64,000 nucleotides of DNA from an uncultured Chthonomonadaceae bacterium. Its GTDB lineage: Bacteria; Armatimonadota; Chthonomonadetes; Chthonomonadales; Chthonomonadaceae. The notes below the pieces were generated by a model that had not been told where the DNA came from, did not search any database, and was given only the letters and a program-made list of their open reading frames with translations. The stretch spans positions 672,001 to 736,000 of the forward strand of contig CAWFQB010000001.1 of assembly GCA_963817895.1 (NCBI GenBank), in the 5' to 3' direction. A program made the translations under genes and the position numbers. This document shows, piece by piece, positions 42,079-52,193 of the stretch; the stretch's first letter is position 1, and each line of letters opens with the position of its first letter.

Positions 42079-42292
42079 GGCTGAAAATCCTGTGCACAGG
42101 GATATAAGACACAGATGATAGCTTCTTCCCTGTCTCTTAACTGATGTACGAACGCCATTCCGTAAAAATGCGCGGTATATTCGTCTGCTTATTATCTCCC
42201 AATATCTTCAAATAATAAATAGGCTATTTGGCACTTGTGCTACTAGCCTTAAAGTTATAACGCTCGACATTAAGTGCGCTATGCGCATTTAT

Positions 42293-43222
42293 CTACTTTG
42301 GTTTGGAAGCAATCGCCATCAGCGACTCAAAATGGGGTGCTTCGAGGGCGCGATCCACGACGGATATAGCTATCTGCTGAAAACCGGCCTGCGTCAGCAG
42401 AGTCAGCAGTTCCACCTGTGAAAAGCCGGGCCAAACGTCGGCGTACAATTCCCGTGCCGCCTCGAAATCGTGTTTGAGCAGGTCCAGCAATGCGATACGC
42501 CCGCCCGGACGCAGAATACGATATGCTTCCGCAAGCGCCTGCTGTGGATGCAGGGCATGATGCAGCGACTGGTGCATCAGCGCCATATCCACTTCTCCAT
42601 CGGCAAGTGGCAGTTCTTCCATATCGCCAATCCGGTATTCCAGATTGGCAATACCGTTGCGCTCCGCCAGCCCACGCCCGTATTCGGCCATTTTTTCAGA
42701 ACTGTCTACGGCAATCACGCGCTCCGCTGTTTGCGCGAGGAGCAGGGCAAGCGTACCCTCCCCCGCGCCCAGATCGGCGATTACAAGGGGTGGCAACAGG
42801 CGCAGCAGCATTTCCGACAGCGCTTTCCAACTGCGTCCCGGCACGTAATCGCGCCCGAAACGTCCGGCCAGCGTATCGAAGTAGTTGCGCAAATGGTCTT
42901 TGCGGCGGTTAAGGACAAGGCGCAAACCGGCATCGTCGTGTTCGCTCTCCGCAATCTCGTCCGCGCTTTTCGCCAATGCTTCCTCAAGCAGAAGTTGCGC
43001 GCCGGGTGGCGGCGCAAGGCGGTACAGGCTTTTCTGGCCGACGCGGCGAACGTCCACGCAGCCCGCCTGTTTCAACTGCGAAAGCTGCATGGAGATACGG
43101 CTTTGCCCCATGCCCAGTATCTCCTGTAGTTCCGCCACGCTGAGTTCTTCCCGCGCCAGCAGCCGCAGTATCCGAAGACGCGCCGGGTCGCCAAGCGCGC
43201 GAAGCAGTTTCAAAATTTCCAT
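42293..43222 (-). CDS. sahR: ArsR HTH - SAM-methyltransferase fusion regulator (SahR-like)
   Basis: ALGDPARLRIL...ELSVAEL...QSRIS; DLGAGEG; SLHH; divergent from ahcY. Confidence 0.8.
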   Translation of the reverse strand: MEILKLLRALGDPARLRILRLLAREELSVAELQEILGMGQSRISMQLSQLKQAGCVDVRRVGQKSLYRLAPPPGAQLLLEEALAKSADEIAESEHDDAGLRLVLNRRKDHLRNYFDTLAGRFGRDYVPGRSWKALSEMLLRLLPPLVIADLGAGEGTLALLLAQTAERVIAVDSSEKMAEYGRGLAERNGIANLEYRIGDMEELPLADGEVDMALMHQSLHHALHPQQALAEAYRILRPGGRIALLDLLKHDFEAARELYADVWPGFSQVELLTLLTQAGFQQIAISVVDRALEAPHFESLMAIASKPK

Positions 43223-43248
43223 GCCCCTATTATAGGCTGAAAAAAATA

Positions 43249-43280
43249 AAATATCAAGGTATACAGATTCCTTGATATTT
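43249..43280. promoter_or_regulatory. Palindromic operator between sahR and ahcY
   Basis: Perfect AAATATCAAGG-N10-CCTTGATATTT. Confidence 0.7.
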
Positions 43281-43312
43281 GTGATATAATAGTGTTTGGA
43301 GGAAAGTTAAAA

Positions 43313-44770
43313 ATGACAACGCTTGAAGTTCGACCCAATGCCAATTTGATTCACGAGATTGACGCCCTGCCCTACAAAGTGGCGGATATGACGCTGGCCG
43401 CCTGGGGCCGCAAAGAGATTTCCGTAGCCGAACACGAGATGCCCGGCCTGATGTCCATTCGCCGCAAGTACGCGCAGGAAAAACCGCTGCTCGGCGTTCG
43501 CATCACGGGTTCGCTGCACATGACTATTCAGACCGCCGTTCTCATCGAAACCCTTGTGGAACTCGGCGCGAACGTGCGCTGGGCATCCTGCAATATCTTC
43601 TCCACGCAGGACCACGCGGCTGCCGCCATTGCCGAAGCGGGCATTCCCGTGTTCGCGTGGAAGGGCGAGTCGCTGGAAGAATACTGGTGGTGTACCGACC
43701 AGGCGCTGACGTTCCCCGGCGGCAAAGGCCCGCAGTTGATTGTGGACGATGGCGGCGACGCGACCCTGCTCATCCACAAAGGCTACGATCTGGAAAATGG
43801 CGACACGAGCTGGGTCAACAGCCCCTCGGAAAGCCACGAAGAAAAGGTCATCAAAGACCTGCTCAACAACGTTCACGCGGAAACGCCGCAGCGTTGGCAC
43901 ACCGTTGTCGCCGACTGGCGGGGCGTGTCGGAAGAGACGACAACGGGCGTTCACCGGCTGTACAAGATGCAGGAAGTGGGAACCCTCCTCGTTCCGGCCA
44001 TCAACGTCAACGACAGCGTGACCAAATCCAAGTTCGACAACCTGTACGGCTGCCGCGAGTCGCTCGTGGACGGCATCAAGCGGGCAACGGACGTGATGAT
44101 TTCCGGCAAAGTGGCGGTTGTTTGCGGCTATGGCGATGTCGGTAAAGGCTCCGCGCAATCCCTGCGTCACAACGGGGCGCGCGTGATTGTCACCGAGGTT
44201 GATCCCATCAACGCGCTTCAGGCGGCGATGGAGGGCTACCAGGTCACGACGGTCGAAGACACGCTCGGTTGGGCCGACATCTATGTCACGACAACAGGCA
44301 ACGTGGACATCATTCGCCTGGAACATATCGAGAAGATGAAAGATCAGGCCATTGTCTGCAACATCGGCCACTTCGATAACGAAATCCAGATAGACAAACT
44401 CAACAACGCGCCGGGTGTGGTCAAACTCAACATCAAGCCGCAGGTGGACATGTACACGTTCCCGGCTGGCAACAGCATCTATATGCTGGCAGAAGGCCGA
44501 CTGGTAAACCTGGGTTGCGCGACGGGACACCCCTCGTTCGTCATGTCCAACAGCTTCGCCAACCAGACGCTGGCGCAAATTGACCTGTGGAACAACCGCG
44601 ACACGTATGCCGTAGGCGTGTACGTCCTGCCCAAGAAACTGGATGAGGAAGTGGCGCGGCTGCATCTGGAGAAAATCGGCGCGAAACTGACCGTTCTGAC
44701 GGACAAGCAGGCCGACTACATCGGCGTGTCCAAAGATGGCCCCTACAAGGCCGACACCTACCGCTACTAA
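43313..44770 (+). CDS. ahcY: Adenosylhomocysteinase
   Basis: [60 protein letters not shown]-terminal YRY. Confidence 0.98.
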   Translation: MTTLEVRPNANLIHEIDALPYKVADMTLAAWGRKEISVAEHEMPGLMSIRRKYAQEKPLLGVRITGSLHMTIQTAVLIETLVELGANVRWASCNIFSTQDHAAAAIAEAGIPVFAWKGESLEEYWWCTDQALTFPGGKGPQLIVDDGGDATLLIHKGYDLENGDTSWVNSPSESHEEKVIKDLLNNVHAETPQRWHTVVADWRGVSEETTTGVHRLYKMQEVGTLLVPAINVNDSVTKSKFDNLYGCRESLVDGIKRATDVMISGKVAVVCGYGDVGKGSAQSLRHNGARVIVTEVDPINALQAAMEGYQVTTVEDTLGWADIYVTTTGNVDIIRLEHIEKMKDQAIVCNIGHFDNEIQIDKLNNAPGVVKLNIKPQVDMYTFPAGNSIYMLAEGRLVNLGCATGHPSFVMSNSFANQTLAQIDLWNNRDTYAVGVYVLPKKLDEEVARLHLEKIGAKLTVLTDKQADYIGVSKDGPYKADTYRY

Positions 44771-44794
44771 ACTCTATAAAATAGAGCAAGCGTC

Positions 44795-44842
44795 AAAGCG
44801 CCCTGTATTTACCTCGGGTGAGGTTGAATACAGGGCGCTTTT
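44795..44842 (+). terminator. Intrinsic terminator after ahcY
   Basis: AAAGCGCCCTGTATT...AATACAGGGCGCTTTT. Confidence 0.75.
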
Positions 44843-44915
44843 CTATCAGGTTTGCAGGAGTATAGACGCGCAGGCGCGAACTATCACGCAGGAAGGACAG
44901 CCGGAGAACCGTTTT

Positions 44916-45476
44916 ATGCGGATTGACAATCCTGACGAGTTGCCGTACTATGTATTGGAGGGTGAGCGGCCTGTGCGGGTACGTTTTGCGCCGTTGGAGG
45001 CAGGCGATGAGAACTACATCAATGCTCAGTGGCATCTTTCCATCTTCTTTGATGTGTGGCAGCGCCTTGCGCAATACGAAATAGCGCAGCCAACTTCTTT
45101 GAAACTTGTTGCTGTTGAGAAACAAGATGATTCTATTTTGGGTCTGTTGCGTATGGGAGATAGCGCGTCTATACAGGTAACTTATGGCAAACTGAATACG
45201 CAATCCTTACTGGAAACCGCGCCGCACCTTCGGTATCAGAGCCGGGAGCGTGAATATCATGGTGTAGGCAAAGCGCTGATAGCGCGGTTAATTGCCGAAA
45301 GCATTTTGCGGGGGCAAGGCGGCAGCCTTGTAGTCTCTCCCAGACCGCAGGTTATCCCCTTTTACCGGCATCTCGGGTTTCAACCATTACGTAGAAACCC
45401 CAAACAGTTTTTCATTCGAGCCGAGGCCGGTCTGCTATTGCTGCAAAGCACTTTGATGGGAGACGAAGAGAAATGA
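44916..45476 (+). CDS. GNAT-fold acetyltransferase, toxin-like
   Basis: LLETAP...YHGVGKALIA...FYRHLGF. Confidence 0.75.
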   Translation: MRIDNPDELPYYVLEGERPVRVRFAPLEAGDENYINAQWHLSIFFDVWQRLAQYEIAQPTSLKLVAVEKQDDSILGLLRMGDSASIQVTYGKLNTQSLLETAPHLRYQSREREYHGVGKALIARLIAESILRGQGGSLVVSPRPQVIPFYRHLGFQPLRRNPKQFFIRAEAGLLLLQSTLMGDEEK

Positions 45477-45778
45477 ATGCTGAAGAACGCGCTATTCTTG
45501 ACCGCACGAATCAATTAGTTCGGGAACTTCTGGACAGGGATTGGCTGGAAGCAGGAATGTCGCAGGAGGAATTGGATCAAAGTCGGCTGGTGACGCAACA
45601 GATGAACGCGGCATTGCGCGAAGGCTATTCTATGGATGAGGTTCTGGAGATGTTTGACTGCTTGCCTGATGAGGAAACATCAGAACAAAATCAGCCTGTC
45701 AACTGCTTTGCGAACCCGGCGCCAGCACAAACGAAACCGGGCAGGAACGGCGATGGGCATCCAGAAAGCCGACATTGA
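45473..45778 (+). CDS. Small acidic protein translationally coupled to the GNAT gene
   Basis: ATGA start/stop overlap; acidic, helical-looking 101 aa. Confidence 0.6.
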   Translation: MNAEERAILDRTNQLVRELLDRDWLEAGMSQEELDQSRLVTQQMNAALREGYSMDEVLEMFDCLPDEETSEQNQPVNCFANPAPAQTKPGRNGDGHPESRH

Positions 45779-45867
45779 TTGACATGCCGACGATTATTGA
45801 AACGGCGGGCAACAAGCCCAAACGAAGATAAGCAATACAAAGGACGGGGAACTTGTTGGAATAGGCT

Positions 45868-47445
45868 CTAAATGCCTTTGGATAAGGACTGGCGGGCGAG
45901 TTCGCGCATTTCGGGGTCGTCAAGGGTCAGGACGCGCTGCCATTCCCAGCGGGCGTCGGCGCGGCGTCCGGCATGGGCGAGGGCTACGCCGAGATAATAG
46001 TGGGTTTGGGCATCATCGGCATCAATCACGAGGGCCTGCTTGAAAGCGGTGATGGCCTCCTCATACCGACCCGCATCATTCAGAAGATTCCCCAGATTGA
46101 ATCGTACATCAGTGTTGTTCGTGTCCAGTTTCGCGCCCTGTTGCAGGGCTTCAATGGCCTCCTCTTCCTCCCCCATTTCGCGCAGCATGTCGCCCAGGCT
46201 GCACCAGTAACGCGCATGTTCGGGCTGCAAACGGACGGCAGCGCGAAACGCTTCCAACGCCTCCTCCGGCTGATGGACATTGTCCAGCGAGATTGCCAGA
46301 TTATGATGCAGGCTGGCGCGATAAGGGTTGAGGTCCAGGGCCGTTTCGTACACGGCTATGGCTTCCTCATGCCGTTCCGCCAGATCGAGCGCGATGCCCA
46401 GATTGTCGAGAAAATCCGGGTCGTCGGGTTTCAGGGCAAGGGCGCGTTCGTGCGCGGCAATCGCTTCGTCGTACCGTTCCAACCGGGTGCAGCATAGCCC
46501 CGCGTTGAACCATGTATCGGGCAGGCTCTCCTTCAGGCGCAACGCCTCGCGGTACGCGGCAAGCGCGTCTTCATCGCGGTCAAGATCGCTCAACGCCGTG
46601 CCGATGTTGTTCCACGCCTGATCGGGGTTGTAATCGCAGCGAATAGCGTGTTGATACGCTTCGATGGCGTCCTCCCACTCTTCCCACTCGCTCAAAATGT
46701 TGCCCAATCGAAAAAACGCGCGTCCGTAATCCGGTCGGGCGCGAATCGCTTCCCGAAAAGCGTTGAACGCCTCCTTGAACTGCCCCTTTTCCTGCAAAAT
46801 GTCGCCGATGTTGAAATAGGCTCTGGCGTAGCCGGGGTTCAGGCGAATGGCCTCCTCGTATGCCTGCAACGCCGCATCCGTCCGTTCCAGATTGCGAAGC
46901 GCGACGCCCATGTTGTAGCACAGGCGGGCATCATCGGGCAGGCGGCTGCGCAGGTCCTCATACAGGGTGACGGCCTCTTCCGATTGCCCCGCTTCATCCA
47001 GAATAAACGCCATGTCTTGCAAGGCGGCATCGTCGTTGGAGTCGAGCCACAGCGCCTGCCGATAGGCCGAGATCGCTTCGGTTCGCTGTTCCAGTTCCGC
47101 GCAGGCGTATGCCAGCCGTTTCCAGTTATCCGCCGTCTGCGGCGCAAGGCGGGCGGCCTGCTCAAAAGCCTGCCGCGCTTCATCCAGCCGTCCCTGTGTG
47201 AGCAATGCGCCGCCCCACGCGCCCTGATAATCGGCGTTGTCCGGGGCCAGCCGAACGGCTTCCCGGTACGCCGCTTCCGCGTCTTCCCCGCGTTCCAGTT
47301 CCGTCAGCGCGTCGCCAAGATTGGCGTGACAGGCGGCATTGTCGGGAGTTTGCCGCGCCACTTCCGCCAGCATCGCCGCCGCGTCCGCGAACTGCTCCGC
47401 GTCCAGCGCTTCCAGCCCCCGTTTGTATAATTCGGCAGTGTCCAA
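45868..47445 (-). CDS. Multi-TPR repeat protein
   Basis: Many 34-aa repeats of the type A..NLG..L...EEA...Y..A.RL.P. Confidence 0.92.
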   Translation of the reverse strand: MDTAELYKRGLEALDAEQFADAAAMLAEVARQTPDNAACHANLGDALTELERGEDAEAAYREAVRLAPDNADYQGAWGGALLTQGRLDEARQAFEQAARLAPQTADNWKRLAYACAELEQRTEAISAYRQALWLDSNDDAALQDMAFILDEAGQSEEAVTLYEDLRSRLPDDARLCYNMGVALRNLERTDAALQAYEEAIRLNPGYARAYFNIGDILQEKGQFKEAFNAFREAIRARPDYGRAFFRLGNILSEWEEWEDAIEAYQHAIRCDYNPDQAWNNIGTALSDLDRDEDALAAYREALRLKESLPDTWFNAGLCCTRLERYDEAIAAHERALALKPDDPDFLDNLGIALDLAERHEEAIAVYETALDLNPYRASLHHNLAISLDNVHQPEEALEAFRAAVRLQPEHARYWCSLGDMLREMGEEEEAIEALQQGAKLDTNNTDVRFNLGNLLNDAGRYEEAITAFKQALVIDADDAQTHYYLGVALAHAGRRADARWEWQRVLTLDDPEMRELARQSLSKGI

Positions 47446-47503
47446 TGCAGGCTCCAGAACGAAGAAGGAAACAATTGTGGAAGGAAAGAATTGTGATGCG
47501 GCA

Positions 47504-48686
47504 TCAGGGAACCGGAGGCAAATTCAGCAGCGCAACCGCCTGTGCGCGAAACTCCTCCCCGGTCGGTTTCCGATGATGACGCTTTTGAAAATCCGCGATA
47601 TACTGCTGCGATTGCCGATAAAATCGCTGGTGCGTGTAATAGATAGGCTGCTTCTCATTATGATCGTCTATCAGCCAGAAGCCTTTTTGCTTGCCGTCTG
47701 CTGTGACTTCATTATTAAACAATTCCCAGTAGAGTATAAACGGACATCCCCATTTCAGCCCTGTTCGCATCACCTGACGCGAACGCTCTTCCTGCGCGGC
47801 GGGCGAACTTCCCAGAGCGGGAAAGCCGTATTCGCCGATGAAGACCCGCTTGCCCGAAATGCCCGATTTTCGCGGCAGACGCGCCTCGATATAATCCAGT
47901 GATTTGGGCAGATTGACAGCGATGTCGCCGTTGAGCGCGTCATAGGAGGAGTAGGAGACATAATCCACGTTTGTTTTCGGCAGCACAGCATTTGTCAGGC
48001 GGGTTTTCCCCTGCATGGCATCTACGACGCGGTTCACTTCCAGATAATAGTAAACCTCTACGGACTTGTGCGGGGTTGCCCGTTTCGCATCGTCTACGGC
48101 CTTCTGCCGGGTATTCACCCACGCAATCATATTCTGGACATCCTCGCCCGTCGGAATGTAGTTCGGGTCCGTGTGAGTGAGGTGCCAGTCTCCTTCCCAA
48201 TTGCCCAGATAAAAACGCTTTCCCGTCCCCGTATAGGTTTTCAGCAGGTAACAGGTCAGGTCATACATCTCCGCATATTCGCTTTTGAGCGAGGCCGGGA
48301 GGAAGCGATTGGCTTCAGTGGAGATCGGATAGACCCACAACAGATAGTGGGAAAAGGGCATTTCCAGAGTAGTTTTCACCGACATAGCGTTCTGAGCCGT
48401 TTCCGTCAGATTTTTGGGCTTGATGTTGTCGCTTTTGTTCGGGACGAGCGCGAACTTGATGGTGTTTGACCCCATGCCGAGAATAGCGCTGCGCCGCTTC
48501 CACCAGAGCCGGGGCAGTTGTAAACTGATAGCTTCCCCCTATAGCCTGCGTACCCAGAACATAGTTATAGTCATCCGCGCTCATCGCCGTCTGCTGTGCT
48601 TTGCGTTCACTTTGTCCCGGAGCCGATGCCTGCCATAGCGCCAGCAGAAACGCGCAGAGTATCGGCATTAGCAGATATTTCTTCAT
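47504..48686 (-). CDS. Secreted hypothetical protein, glycoside-hydrolase-like TIM barrel (frameshift near 48485)
   Basis: Signal peptide MKKYLLM...; LGNWEGDW and VFIGEYG glutamate motifs; ILYWELFNNE. Confidence 0.65.
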
Positions 48687-48736
48687 TATTCAGCTTTCAT
48701 CCTGCAATTCTGCTCTGTGATTCTGACCTATGAGGC

Positions 48737-49372
48737 TTATGAGGTAAGGAGAACGGCAAGGGTATCGAACTCGTTTGGGCGCGGGTCGTTCAAAATCCAC
48801 TCTGCCTGCAATGTCAAGCCACCCAAACTTTGGAAGGCGACAGTGCCAGAAGTAATGATCGTCTGGTCATAAACCGTTTCGTTCAGGCGTAACTGGCGTA
48901 TCTCGCCTTTCCGCAGATTAATAAAAACCAGTTCCGGTACGCCCATGCGCAGGTAATAGGCTTCAAGAGCGCGTAAATCGGAGGGGCGGTCATTCGAAAC
49001 AATCTCAATTACAAGGTCGGGCGCGCCGTAAACAGCCTTTTGCCGCATGATATGGCTGCGCTCTTGTCGCACAAACAACAAATCAGGCATCCGCCCGCCA
49101 AAGCCGTCAATCTGCACCATGATACGCGAACTCAGCATTTCGCCCAGGCCGCGCTGTTTGGCATACATGCCTGCAACATGATAAAGCCAGGCCATGCACC
49201 GTTCGTGATCCAGTTGTACCACTGCCTCTTTCTCCACAATCACGCCGTCCACGAGTTCAAGCCATTGCCCTTCAGCCATGTCAAGAAAGCGTTCAAACGG
49301 AATGGGACGATCCGCGACGTGAACCACGCGGCCTTCCACCATCTGCTCGGTTTCCATCAGAATGTCTGTCAT
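48737..49372 (-). CDS. Uma2/DUF820 PD-(D/E)XK endonuclease family protein
   Basis: LELVDG, RMPDLLFV, GAPDLVIEIVS, Y..MGVPE. Confidence 0.9.
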   Translation of the reverse strand: MTDILMETEQMVEGRVVHVADRPIPFERFLDMAEGQWLELVDGVIVEKEAVVQLDHERCMAWLYHVAGMYAKQRGLGEMLSSRIMVQIDGFGGRMPDLLFVRQERSHIMRQKAVYGAPDLVIEIVSNDRPSDLRALEAYYLRMGVPELVFINLRKGEIRQLRLNETVYDQTIITSGTVAFQSLGGLTLQAEWILNDPRPNEFDTLAVLLTS

Positions 49373-49429
49373 TGCAAACCTCCGATACTCTGCGCTTAAC
49401 ACTGCTATCAACCATTATAGCACAGGGCC

Positions 49430-49612
49430 AGAATACTCCAACCCTTCGCCATAATAGTCGGCATTGCCCGGTTCCAGTTACGCGGCCTGCCAATACGCAC
49501 GTTCCGCCTTTTCCGTTCGCTCCAACTCGGCCAGTGTATCTCTCAGGTTCGCATGACACTCCGCGTTTTAGGGACTTTGCCGCGCCCTCCGCCAGCATCG
49601 CCGTCGCGTCTG
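49430..49612 (-). pseudogene. Decayed fragment paralogous to the 5' end of the TPR gene (~47205-47390)
   Basis: Translates with indels and a stop as DATAMLAE..NAECHANLRDTLAELERTEKAERAYWQAA*LEPGNADYYG versus DAAAMLAE..NAACHANLGDALTELERGEDAEAAYREAVRLAPDNADYQG. Confidence 0.75.
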
Positions 49613-49755
49613 TGGGAGATAAATGAAAGTATATATGATAGAAAAACTCAGTCGGCAGGATTTAGAGATAGCCAGAGCGAAACTAATTTAGAAGCACATA
49701 ATGATCTACATTCCACCGCCAATCAAGAAGATTTAATTCAAGAAAGGAAATTACA

Positions 49756-51572
49756 ATGACCAATTTGGCCGACATTTCTTTGAAAGTTCGCAATTACAAG
49801 TGCTTTGCTTCTGAGGAACAAGGGTATGAGAGAATCCTGCCTATCAATTTGATCATTGGACGCAATAACACTGGAAAATCAGCTCTGCTGGAGATTGTTG
49901 GTCATGTTATTTCTAACGCCGATCTGCGGCGTTATAGCTTCAAAGGACAAGAACCTCAAATTCTATTATCTGCGCCTCTAAGGCAAATCGAAATAAATCA
50001 GGTAATAGACCATGTTCGTCAGGGCAATCTTGATGTGAATAATGAACATCAGTTCTTAACGGATATTCGTACTTCTCGCATCCAGTGGACATGCCGACTC
50101 CAAGATGCCATAAACGTTGTTTTTCAACCTTCCCTTAGCCATTACTTCAGATCACAGGAACAACATAGTAATCATCTGAATTTTTTTGTAAATCCAATTA
50201 AAAGACCTTTCGGAGGCTTAAAGTTCCGACGCCTCTCTCCTGATAGAGACATCAAGCCAGAAGTAGATGCAGACATCAATTACGATGCTGAAGTACCCGA
50301 CAAGTACCTGAATGCAAATGGCACTATGGCAACAACACTATTTCAGCAATTCCTTAATCGAGAGGACCTTCCACGTGAACTTGTGGAAAAAACGATTCTT
50401 GATAACTTGAATCTTATATTTTCTCCTGATGGTTATTTTACTCGGATTTTTGTACGTCAAATCGTCGTTACTTCTGACCACCGTAACAAGCAATGGGAGA
50501 TCGATTTAGAGGAAAAAGATAAGGGCAGTGTTCGTGTAACTGATTCCGGACACGGGTTGAAAACTATTTTATTAGTTTTAGCGAACCTCTTTCTGGTCCC
50601 AAGATTTTTAGGGCATCCACTTCATGAATTCATTTTTGGCTTCGAAGAATTAGAAAACAACATGCACCCAGCACTTTATCGCAGATTGCTGATGTATTTG
50701 CGAGACAAAGTTAAAGAAGAAGGTTGTCACATCATCCTAACTAGCCACTCGCACGTTGCCATTGACCTTTCCGTCCGAGAAAAGGATATAGCACAAATTC
50801 TACATGTCACTCACAATGGTGAGTATGCTGAGGTGCAAACGGTTACAGACTATATGCATCACCGCAAAATTCTGGATGAACTTGATGTACGTGCCAGTGA
50901 CCTACTTCAGTCAAACTGTGTAGTTTGGGTAGAAGGTCCCTCAGATAGATTGTACTTCAACCGATGGATGGAACTTTTCAGCGACGACAAGTTGAAGGAG
51001 GGCGTTCATTACCAATGTACCTTCTACGGCGGCAAGTTGCTATCTCAACTAGAGGCGATTGATCCCTGGCATGACACCGATGCTGAAGACGCCACAGATC
51101 TTGTGAACCTCATGAAAATAAATAAACATGCCATCGTGTTGATGGACTCAGATCAAAGGACAGCCGACTCCTTTATAAACACTACCAAGCAGCGAATAGT
51201 CGAGCAAATTACAGAAATGCAAGGTCTTGCCTGGGTAACAGAGGGGCGTGAAGTCGAAAACTACCTTCCCCAGGAGGCACTAGAGAAAATGTTTACTGGG
51301 CATTCACTTCAACCACTGGCGCAGTATGAAGATATAAAGGACTTTCTTGACAATAATGTTAAAGAAAGTCCTAAACGTAGTTCAGAAAAAATCCTGATAA
51401 ATTACCTGTCGGGGTAGGCAAGCGCTTCGAGGAGGACAAAGTAGGTTTTGCTCGCCGTATCTGCCCCCATCTCAATATGAAAAATCTTTCCACTCACTTG
51501 GACATAAAAACCCAGATGGAAGAGGTATGTGACCTGATTCGCAAATGGAACAAGGTAAGAGAAGGTTCATAG
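49756..51572 (+). CDS. OLD-family ATP-dependent nuclease (ABC ATPase + TOPRIM), AT-rich; frameshift near 51395
   Basis: VRNYKCF, IGRNNTGKS, SGHG, FEELENNMHP, TSHS, WVEGPSD, MDSD, REVENY; tail KVGFARRI...IRKWN in another frame. Confidence 0.85.
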
Positions 51573-51685
51573 ATTGAGTTTACCGTTCATCCACACGAGC
51601 GCCACCGTTCTACCTCGCTTTCCTCAATTTGCCTCATGCCCATTGATCTAAATTACTTGGGGCTGTAAATATACCTTTCTGAACA

Positions 51686-51711
51686 TCAGGGCAAAACATG
51701 TTTTGCCCTGA
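51686..51711. repeat. Perfect 26-bp palindrome
   Basis: TCAGGGCAAAACATGTTTTGCCCTGA. Confidence 0.8.
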
Positions 51712-52193
51712 CAGCAAGCAATAGACTTACAGCCCCGAAGTAAGCGCCTCATTCCTTTTTTCTCATAGCGCCAACAACTACAATTCAGAAAAATACAGAA
51801 AAATAGCCAGGCAGCGCAAAAAACATGAAACCTGCGACCAATACATCTGTCTACATAAAACAACTGTCTTTTAATCAGCCAGGTGGCGGGATGTGGAGAG
51901 TTTAAAGTTCCTCTCGACAATCTAACCTGGAAGGGAGGTGCAAGATAATGCCTGTATATACGCGTCCGCCTTAATCCTTACGAGGTCACGACGCCTCTAC
52001 ACACAACCTGACACAACGAGACACTGGGCTGGAAGCGCTGTATTGCCATTATTTCGACGCTGTCTCTACATACTCTTTTTCCAACGCGCTCCCCAATCTG
52101 TCGCAACAGCGTTCCTCTGAAAACTGCTCCCAACAGGCTTGGGATCGTGTCCGCAGGTCGCGTGTCATTTCCTGCCGGGAAAGACGCTTATAT

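Noticed and set aside
43307..44665. 452-aa antisense ORF over ahcY, and similar long shadow ORFs over the S8, WD40, tonB and TPR genes
   Set aside because: Typical antisense open frames caused by GC-rich codon bias; the opposite strand carries the conserved gene.
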